DNA of 64,000 nucleotides from an uncultured Planctomycetota bacterium (GTDB lineage Bacteria; Planctomycetota; PLA2; JAEUHO01): NCBI GenBank assembly GCA_963752285.1, contig CAVVXN010000005.1, positions 320,001 to 384,000 of the forward strand, read 5' to 3'. Shown piece by piece: positions 21,214 to 29,884 of this stretch (position 1 is its first letter; each line of letters starts with the position of its first letter). The notes under the pieces were generated by a model. It saw only the letters and a program-made list of their open reading frames with translations, ran no database searches and was not told where the DNA came from. The position numbers and the translations under genes were made by a program.

Positions 21214-22473
21214 ATGTGGGGATTCCGAGGTCTTCGGGTCGGTGCCGTGGGGATCCTCTGGACCCTCGCGGCGGCTTGCGGGGGGGGCGGCGGCCACGCG
21301 AGTGCGACGCCCGCGAGCCGCATCACCGTGCTCGGCCACGTCGTCACGGAGCGTTCGAGGCCAGCGCCGTTCGTACCGGTGCTGATTGACGACCTCCCTC
21401 CCGTACTGACCGACGATCAGGGCGCATTCGCCATCTCCGGAGTGACGCCGCCCTACACCGCTACCGTCTTCGCGACGCTCGCCACCACGACCTACGTCGG
21501 TCTCACGCGATCGGATCCGACGCTCGTGCGCAGGACGTTCGAGAGGCCCAACCACGCCACCGTCGCGGGGACGATCGGCGGGGGTACGGGATACCCGGAG
21601 CCCAGCGACCACCGATCTTGGATGGCGGGCTGCATGGCCTACGGCGTCACGCTCCTGACGTCCATCAACCCCGCGACGGGGGCGTACTCGCTCCCGAGCA
21701 TGGACTGGGATGGTCCCGACGCGACCCAGGTGCGGATCCTCGCCTGCCAGTGCCAGACCGGCGTGGACATGCTGCCAGCCACCTTCACGGGCTTCGGCTC
21801 CTTGACCGTGGACCTGACCGATGGTGACAACCTGACGGGATACGACTTCGATCTGTCCCCGGTCGGCACGGCGGGGGTCAGCGGCACGTACACGCTGCCC
21901 GCCGGCTACTCGCTCGTGACCAAGAGCCCCGTAGTCATGGTCGATCAGCACGATCGCCTGTATCTCCAAGGCGACGTGAACGACGACGGGGCGATGGCCT
22001 TCAACGTCCCGGAGATTCCGGGCGCGACGTACGGGGCCGAGGTGGTGGGCGTGTCGCCGGAAGGCGGGACGACCACGGTGCGCACGCGCCGGTCGCCAGC
22101 AAACGTGGCGAACCTCACCTTCGCGCTCGACCTGGCGATCCAGCGCATCCTCCCGCAGGACCATGCGACGGGCGTCGACGAGAGCACCACGTTCTTCGTC
22201 GACGCACGGGATCAGGCGGTCTATCGATTCAGCTTCCAAGGAGGGAACGGCGAGCCCAGCATCTACGTGATCACCGACGACCCGGAGACCACGATCCCGG
22301 CGTTCGGGCCCTACGGGCTCCCGCTACCTCCGCTCGCGACCTACGACTGGTACGTCACCTCCTACGCGCCGTTTGCGGACATCGACGAGGCAGCCGGGCC
22401 GGACACCCTCGCCGCCCCGGACGTCGTGTCCGAAACCAGGACGGCACTCGCCGACTTCACGACCGCGCCCTGA
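21214..22473 (+). CDS. Lipoprotein with Ig-like domains
   Basis: Lipobox LAAAC, LTDDQGAFAISGVTPPY; beta-rich. Confidence 0.75.
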   Translation: MWGFRGLRVGAVGILWTLAAACGGGGGHASATPASRITVLGHVVTERSRPAPFVPVLIDDLPPVLTDDQGAFAISGVTPPYTATVFATLATTTYVGLTRSDPTLVRRTFERPNHATVAGTIGGGTGYPEPSDHRSWMAGCMAYGVTLLTSINPATGAYSLPSMDWDGPDATQVRILACQCQTGVDMLPATFTGFGSLTVDLTDGDNLTGYDFDLSPVGTAGVSGTYTLPAGYSLVTKSPVVMVDQHDRLYLQGDVNDDGAMAFNVPEIPGATYGAEVVGVSPEGGTTTVRTRRSPANVANLTFALDLAIQRILPQDHATGVDESTTFFVDARDQAVYRFSFQGGNGEPSIYVITDDPETTIPAFGPYGLPLPPLATYDWYVTSYAPFADIDEAAGPDTLAAPDVVSETRTALADFTTAP

Positions 22474-22567
22474 GCGGGACGTACGGAAGGTATAGGGGGA
22501 GCAGCCCGGATCCTGGTGAATACGAAACCCAGGGTTCCCGGCGGACGCCGGGGGAAGGGCTGCTCCC

Positions 22568-23617
22568 ATGACGAAGTACCACATCGGAGTCGACCTGCAC
22601 AAGACCGTGGTTCAGGTCTGCGTTCTGGACGCGGGAGGGAAGGTCGCGAAGGAGTTTCGAGCCTCCGTGGCGACCCGGGAGGAGGCGGACCGCTTCCTCG
22701 GCCGGCTGGAGTTGTGGGCGAAGAAGGGCCGATGCGCCGTCGAAGCGGTCGGGTGCAACCGCTGGTTCGTGAATGCCCTCACGGCGCGAGGATGCCCGTG
22801 GGTGGTGGTCCACCCGGGCGCGCTGGCCCTCAAGCGGGAGAAGCGCAAGACGGACCGACGGGATGCGGAGGAGATCGCCCGGCGGCTGTACCTGGGCGAC
22901 ATCGATCGCCACGGTCGGAGCTGCTTCGCCTCCGACAAGGAGTACGGCCGGCGCCAGCTGCTCCGCAGCCGCCAGGCGTTGATGCGGCGCCGGCAGGAGG
23001 TGATGAACCACATCCGCGCGATGCTCAACGCGGAGCTGATCCGGCCGCCGCAGCCCACCCTCACGAGCACGAAGACGTTGGCCTGGCTGCCCACCGTCGA
23101 GCTTTCCACCCCCGACCTGACCTTCACGCTCGGGATCTGGATCCAGGAGCTCGAGTCGGTGGTGGCGCGGATCGGCCAGCTCGATCGACACATCGCGACC
23201 CTGAAGGAGGAGCCCGACGTACGACCCCTGTGCGAGCTGCCGGAGGTGGCCGTGTACACGGCGAGCGTGATCCTCTACGAGTTGGGGGACCCGACGCGCT
23301 TTGGGCGCACGAGGGAGGTCGCGGCCTACGCCGGCGTGGCGCCCTCGATCAGCCAGTCCGGCGAGGGTCCGGGCCACACGGGCGCGATCACCAAGCGAGG
23401 AAGTCCCCACCTGCGCTGGATCCTGAGCCAGTGGGCGGTCCGCCTTCTGGCGCGCCACAAGACGGTGCAGCGCTGGGCGGCACGGCAGCGAGCGCGGAGC
23501 AAGAACAAGATTCGGCTGGCCTTGGCGCGGCGGCTGCTGGTGGGGACGTGGGTGATGCTGGCCCGAGGCGAGATCTTCGACCTCGAACGCTGCCTGGGGC
23601 TAAAGCCGGCAGCGTAG
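22568..23617 (+). CDS. IS110-family DEDD recombinase/transposase
   Basis: IGVDLHK, AVEA, KTDRRDA, AYAGVAPSISQSG, ITKRGSPHLRWIL. Confidence 0.95.
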   Translation: MTKYHIGVDLHKTVVQVCVLDAGGKVAKEFRASVATREEADRFLGRLELWAKKGRCAVEAVGCNRWFVNALTARGCPWVVVHPGALALKREKRKTDRRDAEEIARRLYLGDIDRHGRSCFASDKEYGRRQLLRSRQALMRRRQEVMNHIRAMLNAELIRPPQPTLTSTKTLAWLPTVELSTPDLTFTLGIWIQELESVVARIGQLDRHIATLKEEPDVRPLCELPEVAVYTASVILYELGDPTRFGRTREVAAYAGVAPSISQSGEGPGHTGAITKRGSPHLRWILSQWAVRLLARHKTVQRWAARQRARSKNKIRLALARRLLVGTWVMLARGEIFDLERCLGLKPAA

Positions 23618-24010
23618 GAGGGTGCAACGACGGGAGCGGAGGCGGTCTCCGTTCCGAGAGCAGGACTTCGGTTTCCAACGGGAGGCGTACTTCGACTGGC
23701 TCCGGGTCCACCAAGACCGAGTACCGAAGGAAGGCGTCCCCGACTACCCCCTCAGGAGGCCATCCCCGTGGGTGAGCTCGACGAAGCGACTGGACAGAAA
23801 CCGAAGCCCGTCTCGGGAGGAAAGAGCCCACGCTCCTGGGCGAAGGAAGGCGGCGGCCGCGGTGGCTCCGCCCAGGCCTACGCTCCACCGGGGGAGTGTT
23901 CCGCTCCGGCCTCGGCGGAGCCACCGGAGAGCGCCTCATGAGCTGAGCGCGAACGAGGACGACCATCACCCGGCTTCAGGCTTGACTCCCCCAGAAGGGA
24001 GCCAGGCTCC
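23618..24010 (+). ncRNA. Candidate bridge/seek RNA region
   Basis: Long non-coding segment downstream of an IS110-family recombinase, the position known for IS1111-type guide RNAs. Confidence 0.5.
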
Positions 24011-24112
24011 TTGGCACCGTCCTACGATATGCGAGCCGTGCTGCGTACGCCCGTCGCGTGGCGCCGAGCGGAGGAGGGGCGCGCAGGGGGACCGCCTCCG
24101 CGGCTCCTCGGT

Positions 24113-24370
24113 TCACTCGGCGGTCGGCTGCTCGGACGCGCCAATCCGGAAGAACACGGCGTAGAGCGTGGGCACCACGACCAGCGTGAGGACGGTGGCG
24201 AGGGTGAGCCCCGCCATGATCGTCACGGCGAGGGAGACGAAGAACGCGCCCGGCCAGAGCGGGATCATCCCGAGCACCGTGGCCAGCGCGGCCGTGGCGA
24301 CCGGCCTGAGGCGGCTCAGCGAGGCCTCCACGAGAGCCTGGTAGCGCGGCTTGCCGCTGGCGATTCGGCT
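24113..24370 (-). pseudogene. C-terminal fragment of an RND efflux permease
   Basis: SRLRPVATAALATVLGMIPL...SLAVTIMAGLTLATVLTLVVVPTLY. Confidence 0.85.
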
Positions 24371-24568
24371 ACGGGTCCGCGCGCGGGAGCGGCGCTCGAC
24401 TACCGGCGCACCGCGGGATCGCTTCCACGCTCTTCCCGAGACCGACGTACGGGAGAGGGAGTCGGACGGACCGAGAGGTGACGATCGTCCCGACAGGGGA
24501 GCGGCGTGGATGTTGGCGTTGCGAGTCATTCTCCTCCCTGGTAGACGCTGGACGAGGGGGGTGCCACC

Positions 24569-26614
24569 ATGCCTTGTCGACGCGTCCTCGTGTCCGTCCT
24601 CGCCTGTGTCCTCACCGCGTGCGGGGGCTCCGGCCACAAGGAGACGCCCCGCTCCCCGCCGGGGGCGTTCCCCGTCCGCGGCCCCGTCGAAGTCACATCC
24701 GCTGCGCTCGATGCGCTCTTCGCGCAGCCGCCAGCCGACCCGGGAGGGCCAGACGAGAACGACGAGTGCGACGATGCGGTCGACTGCGACCCCGTCCCTG
24801 CACTGGTTGCACGTTCGAAGGGGAGCGGCGCCCTCGTTGCTCCCCTCGGGGGCGCGCAGGCCCTCGATCAGACGCCCCCCCTCACCGCGAACTGGGGGGG
24901 GCTCACCTCGGCCGCGTGGGCGGGGCTACCTCCGGATCCGCAGATCGCCGTCAGCACCACGCACGTGGTGATCACAATGACACGCTGGATCGCCTTCTAC
25001 ACGAAGGCGGGTTCGCTGCTCAAGAGCACTTCGTCCAGGACGTTCTTCGCTCCTCTCGGCCTGGACACGGGTGGCGCCGAAGGCATCGACATCTACAGCG
25101 ACATGCGTGTGGTGTTCGACGACTACCGGAAACGGTTCTGGGTCTGCTCGCTCGCCCGGAGCAACCTCACGAACGCGTCGCCACAACTCGATCCCGATCG
25201 CCGCCGCTCTCTCGTCACGGTGGCCGTCTCGAGGACGGAGGACCCGAACGACGGCTGGATCATGTACTGGTGGGACGCGGCGGTGGGATGGGGCGACTCG
25301 AGCAGCGACGTCTGGATTCCGGGAGACGTCGCCGACTACACGATGATCGGGATCGGTCCCGACGCCCTCCACGAGGTGCACAAGATCGGGAACCCGGAGG
25401 TCGACAACCTCACCCGCTACTGGCGTGTCACGATCGCAGACGCCGACGCGATGGCCGCGGGGAACCAGAGCATACAGGGTTCGTCCTACTGGGGGATGAA
25501 GAACCCCGACGGGAGCCGGGCCGGACTCGTCCAGCCGGTCGTGCACCACGGCCCGACCGGGCGGGCCTACTACGTCAGCAGGTCGGGATCCACCGACCTC
25601 GTCATCTGGGCGCTCACGGGCGCCCTGACGGCGAACCAGCGCCTGGAGAAGGCGTCCATTACGCTCAAGGAGTGGACCAACCCCTTGAACGCCCCGCAGC
25701 CGGGGTCCAGCCTCGGGATCGCCATGACGAACCTCGGCACGAGCCCGCTCAAGGCCGTCTTCCGCTGGCCGTACCTCTACCTTTGCACGATGGACGCCGC
25801 GGAGTCCGGGGGCGCGCTCACGACCGCGGTGCGCTACGTCCGGGTCCAGGTGGCCGACTTCCCGTCGCTCTCGACGGCCCCGTCCGACGGCTTCATCAGC
25901 CGCGTCTTCGGCGGCAGCGGTCCTGGGGACCCGCCGGGGAGCGAGGTCCACTGCGGATGGCCGGCGCTCGAGGTGAACCGCGATGGCGATACGGCCGTCG
26001 TCTACGCCCGATCCGGCACGGCGGTCTATCCGGAGGCCCGCTACAGCACGTACCTCGCCTCCGAGAGCGACATCCGCCCGAGCCGCATACTCCGAGCGGG
26101 CGAAGCAGCCTACGGCTACACCACGGACAAGGAGTCCTTGCGATGGGGCGATCTCGCGGGGGCCTCCGTGGACCCGAAGGATGCGACGAGCATCTGGATC
26201 GTCCACGAGTACGCGCGGGCCAGCGGCTCGTCGAACAACTGGGGCCTGTGGATCGGGAAGGTCTTCGGGCTGACCTATCTCGACTGGGGGCTCCCGGGAT
26301 TGACTCTCGACGGTGTGGACGGGACCGGCAAGACCTTCTCGTTCTCTGGCCGGCTCGCGAACGACGGCGACGGTGCCGGGCCTGCCGGTTTCGTGACCGT
26401 GGAGGTGCTGCACGACGGGATGACCTCGGAGGTCGGCACGATCAAGTTCCCGGCCCTCGATCCCGGTGGCAGCTGGCCGTTCCACGAGACGATGCCCCTG
26501 CCCGACGGAATCACGTCGGGCGCGCACCTCTTGCGACTCACCGTCACCTCGAGCGGTCCGGAGGAATACACGGACAAGAACAACTCGGCGGAAGTGACCC
26601 TGCCGGTCCCCTGA
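24569..26614 (+). CDS. Lipoprotein with C-terminal CARDB-like domain
   Basis: Lipobox LTAC; PPDPQIAV, RWGD; C-terminal LANDGDGAG...EYTDKNN. Confidence 0.8.
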   Translation: MPCRRVLVSVLACVLTACGGSGHKETPRSPPGAFPVRGPVEVTSAALDALFAQPPADPGGPDENDECDDAVDCDPVPALVARSKGSGALVAPLGGAQALDQTPPLTANWGGLTSAAWAGLPPDPQIAVSTTHVVITMTRWIAFYTKAGSLLKSTSSRTFFAPLGLDTGGAEGIDIYSDMRVVFDDYRKRFWVCSLARSNLTNASPQLDPDRRRSLVTVAVSRTEDPNDGWIMYWWDAAVGWGDSSSDVWIPGDVADYTMIGIGPDALHEVHKIGNPEVDNLTRYWRVTIADADAMAAGNQSIQGSSYWGMKNPDGSRAGLVQPVVHHGPTGRAYYVSRSGSTDLVIWALTGALTANQRLEKASITLKEWTNPLNAPQPGSSLGIAMTNLGTSPLKAVFRWPYLYLCTMDAAESGGALTTAVRYVRVQVADFPSLSTAPSDGFISRVFGGSGPGDPPGSEVHCGWPALEVNRDGDTAVVYARSGTAVYPEARYSTYLASESDIRPSRILRAGEAAYGYTTDKESLRWGDLAGASVDPKDATSIWIVHEYARASGSSNNWGLWIGKVFGLTYLDWGLPGLTLDGVDGTGKTFSFSGRLANDGDGAGPAGFVTVEVLHDGMTSEVGTIKFPALDPGGSWPFHETMPLPDGITSGAHLLRLTVTSSGPEEYTDKNNSAEVTLPVP

Positions 26615-26704
26615 GGGCGACGCGCCCCCAACCCCCTTCGCCCGTCACCTCTCCCTGGTCGGCGCGGGAGGTGCCGTGCGGAGCTTGGCTCCTTACGTCT
26701 CGCT

Positions 26705-27167
26705 GTAAGCGCCCAGGGGGTGGAGAGCCTGAAATCGGCGGCAGCTCGCCGAAACCGCCGCCGCGTGCTGATCTGATCGATCGCTTGAAGGCGTGGGCGC
26801 GTGATGCGACGCCCGCCGAGAGGGAAGCTGCACGGAAACTACGGACGCAGTACCACACCCGAGTCGAGAAGGAGGTTGGTGACCTACAGGACGCTCTGCG
26901 GAGACAGGGCGCTGGCCTCGATGAGTATGCCGAGAAGTCATTCAATGCGCGTCAGGGACTTCGCTCTGCCGAGCGCGAGTACGTTCCCAAGGATCTGAGA
27001 CCCGCCTTTGACGCCAGCGACGCTCGGACTCCGACGTCGTTCGAGGGAATGGTGTCAAGGTAATGCGTGACCAGGGTGGGACCCGGGAGCAGGCGCTGCG
27101 GACAATCGCCGAGAAGGCCCGCACCGGATTCAACAAAGACGTTGACGACGTGATCTTCGGGAGATGA
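26705..27167 (+). pseudogene. Start-less polymorphic-toxin-like C-terminal domain 1, frameshift near 27056
   Basis: KRPGGGEPEIGG...ARKLRTQYHTRV...PTSFEGMV / KVMRDQGGTREQALRTIAEKARTGFNKDVDDVIFGR*; stop overlaps the next start (ATGATG). Confidence 0.6.
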
Positions 27168-27385
27168 TGGACACCATGAGCAACTACGAGTGGCTGCTTC
27201 AGACACGGATCGCCTGGACCCGCACCGGGAACCAGAAGTTTCCGTTCCGCGCCCAACACGGGTCGATCAAGCTCGAGTTGTACAGCGGCGACTGGCCGAG
27301 CGAGAATCCGTATACGCTCTACGTCAACGGCGCACCGGCGTTCGGACTCGGGGATCTTCCGGCGAACTGGTCGATTCCTGAATAG
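27164..27385 (+). CDS. Small putative immunity protein 1
   Basis: WTRTGNQKFPFRA...GDWPSENPYTLYVNG...DLPANW; translationally coupled to toxin tip 1. Confidence 0.65.
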   Translation: MMDTMSNYEWLLQTRIAWTRTGNQKFPFRAQHGSIKLELYSGDWPSENPYTLYVNGAPAFGLGDLPANWSIPE

Positions 27386-27390
27386 CGCGA

Positions 27391-27495
27391 TCAGAACGCA
27401 CCGCTAGTAGGAAGCAGAGACGGGGCACGCGCCCGGGCAAGTCGAGCGCGAATGGACTCCACCAGAAAGTCGAGGATCGACCGCCACTGTGCCCG
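27391..27495 (-). pseudogene. C-terminal remnant of a second related IS66 transposase
   Basis: RAQWRSILDFLVESIRARLARARAPSLLP vs RAQGRSILEFLVATVQARLVGGKRPSLLP (18/29 identical) at the end of 28275..28940. Confidence 0.85.
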
Positions 27496-27498
27496 AGT

Positions 27499-27954
27499 AA
27501 GCGCCCAGGGGGTTCCGGGGCGCGCCTCGGCCCGCGACTGGGTTCGATCACGCGAGCGGAAGTCAAGTCGCACTTAGAGTCGCGGTTCCCGAAGCGCATG
27601 GGTGAATCCGTCGCCGACTACGAGCAGAGGATCGGCAATCACATGCGTTCCATTGACTGGTCCAAGCCCGTGGAACGGGTAGAACTTCCAGCCGGGGAGC
27701 GCATTGACATTTGGGTTCGCGATGGCGGCGTCCCGGGTGCCTATGGGACAACTCCTGGTACGAAGAGTGGACTGTGGATGGACACGGCTGGTAGACACGT
27801 TGAGAGCTTCGAGCTTCGAGAGCCAACGGTCGTCCTACGCACCACGGCAGCAGACTTTCCCGCGGGGCTCTATCCGGGAGTTGGTGGCCCCGGCGGCGCG
27901 ACTCAGTATGTTCTCCCAGAGAACTTCCTGCAGGGCGCTCGGAGGATTCCATGA
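27499..27954 (+). CDS. Ntox46-like (Tse6-type NAD(P)+ glycohydrolase) toxin tip
   Basis: HMRSIDWSKPVERVELPAG...GAYGTTPGT...VLRTTAA...GGATQY; frame open from the internal IR, first ATG at 27598. Confidence 0.75.
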   Translation, partial: KRPGGSGARLGPRLGSITRAEVKSHLESRFPKRMGESVADYEQRIGNHMRSIDWSKPVERVELPAGERIDIWVRDGGVPGAYGTTPGTKSGLWMDTAGRHVESFELREPTVVLRTTAADFPAGLYPGVGGPGGATQYVLPENFLQGARRIP

Positions 27955-28265
27955 CACGGGATGAGATGCTGTCCGAGATCGCGGGTGCCTTCGACGTGAT
28001 CGCCGTGGCGAGCAAGCGCTTTCCGGCTGATCCGGCCCTCCGGGACTCCAGCCGCATGCTCGCGGATCTTCGCGATCGAGTGCGAGCCCAATGGCCGCTT
28101 CCGAGGGCCGAGGCTCAGGCGGTCAATATCGGTCTGTTCGCCGTGCGAAATCTAGAGCCGGACATGCCGAACGTCGTGACAGCCCTTGTACGGGTCGAGA
28201 GACTGCTTCAATCGGGCGGCGAGGGCCAGCCCGGCAGCAATCCGAGGTTTCCACCGCAATTCTGA
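27951..28265 (+). CDS. Tsi6-like immunity protein
   Basis: Helical 104 aa with VNIGLFAVRNLEPDMP; ATGA overlap with the toxin stop. Confidence 0.65.
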   Translation: MTRDEMLSEIAGAFDVIAVASKRFPADPALRDSSRMLADLRDRVRAQWPLPRAEAQAVNIGLFAVRNLEPDMPNVVTALVRVERLLQSGGEGQPGSNPRFPPQF

Positions 28266-28274
28266 TGAATCAGA

Positions 28275-29745
28275 TCAAACTGCTGGCAGCAGCGAAGGAC
28301 GCTTCCCGCCGACAAGCCGCGCTTGTACTGTCGCCACCAGGAACTCAAGGATCGATCGACCCTGCGCCCGGAGGCTCTCGCAAACCGTGAGCATCCGCTC
28401 GACGAAGCGCGAGCCCCATCGGCTCGCCGACCCGAACGAGGTCTTCCGCCAGAGGACGGCCTTCCGGACGGCGCGCTCGGCGGCGTTGTTCGTCGGCTCG
28501 ACACCCTCGACGCGGGCGAACGTCCAGAGCGCCGCTCCGTACTCGCGGAGGTCCTTCGCGATCTTGCGCGCCGCCGGGACGGAGCTGTTGATGTGCCGTG
28601 CGAGCAGGTGCTTCAGCCGGAGCCGAAGCGGCGCGAGCCGTCGTCGGAGTCCTCGGCGGGTGAGTTGCCCGTCGCGGACGCGGTACCACTCCTTGAAGAC
28701 CGCCTTGACGATCTTCTGTCCGGCCCGTCCCAGGCTCCTCGCCTTGCCTCCGCGCTCTTCGAGTCCTCGGAAGTTCCGAAGCAGGTGCGCCCAGCACAAC
28801 TGGCGTTTTCGGATTGCGTGCGCCCGGTACACCGAGAAGCGGTCCGACCCGAGGATGCCGTCGAAGTTGAAGAGCAGTCGCCGGAACGCCTCGCGGTTTC
28901 TCCGCCGGTCGATCCGGAAGACCTTCAACTTCGGCGTCACCGCGGCCCAGAGCCACGCGAGCCTGTTCTACTGCCGCCAGGAGGTCTCGTCGCAGTTGAC
29001 GAAGTCGGCGTTCTGGATCGCGTCGAGAGCCTCGTCGTACGCGGGACGCAGCGCCTTGCTCGTTCGCCGCTCCAGCGTCGCCGACCGTTCCGAGCGACAC
29101 GTCGGCCTTCTTGCCGAAGAGCTCGGCCATGACCTCGCGGGCTTCGCGGCGCGTGATCCGGCAGCGGCCGGTCAGGAGCGCGATGATCGCCTGGAAGCGG
29201 ACGCCCGACGCAGCCGGTCGGGACGCCCTCGGGGAGGTCCGCCGTCGTCGTGTGCCCGCAACCCGGGCACTTGGACTCATGGAGCACGTAGTCGGTGACC
29301 TCGGCGACGACGGGCGGGATCTCGACGACCTGGTGATGGCGAGACCTCGCCCGTCGTATCCTTCTCTCCGAGATGCCGACCGCAGTTCCCGCAGCTCTGT
29401 TGGAAGCACCGGGACATTCGTGATCGACGTCCTCGGGCGGGAACGGCGTCGCGCGTCTTTCCCTTGTGCCCGGGCTGCGCTCCCGAGGGACGCCCGGACG
29501 GCTTCTGACTGCGCCGCTCCTCTCCACGGCTTGTCCGACGACGGCGGCTTCGACGAGTTCGTCGAGTCGGCATTCAGCCGGGCAGTCAGTTCGCGGACCT
29601 TCTCCTTGAGGAGGGCGTTGTCCTGACGGAGCCGCCGATTCTCACGGAACAACTTGAAGCGGGCTGCTTCGACGTGCCGGAGCCGGGTCTCGAGTTGCTC
29701 GATCCGAGCAAGGAGGGACGCGACGAGCTCCTCGGAGATTCGCAC
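28275..29745 (-). pseudogene. Single-ORF IS66-family transposase, several frameshifts
   Basis: NSSKPPSSD, GAQPGHKG, SDRFSVY, QLCWAHLLR, EPTNNAAERAVR, SFGSAS across several frames. Confidence 0.9.
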
Positions 29746-29884
29746 GCAGGCGATAGATCGGCTCGCTCGGGGTCAATCTCCACCCCCTGGGCGGTTACGT
29801 CTCGCTTTGTGCGCCCAGGTTGACACGGAGGCGATCCTCGGCGAGCCTACGGGTGCCCGTTCCCTGCCGTTCGAGGAGAGCACC

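Larger units (their letters stand above)
22482..24026 (+). mobile_element. IS110/IS1111-family element (ends inferred)
   Basis: Transposase plus ~400-bp 3' non-coding region; TACG at 22482-22485 and 24023-24026 next to short imperfect IRs GGAAGGT/ACCGTCC. Confidence 0.6.
26705..29798 (-). mobile_element. Composite single-ORF IS66-family (ISBst12-like) element carrying two toxin-tip/immunity pairs
   Basis: 22-bp IRs GTAAGCGCCCAGGGGGTGGAGA / GTAACCGCCCAGGGGGTGGAGA (21/22); 8-bp target duplication GTCTCGCT at 26697-26704 and 29799-29806; internal IR copy at 27497-27513. Confidence 0.9.

Noticed and set aside
24478..27063. 861-aa ORF that runs into toxin tip 1, as a full-length toxin gene
   Set aside because: Most of it is an Arg/Pro-rich shadow frame of the lipoprotein gene 24569..26614; only the part after the IR looks coding.
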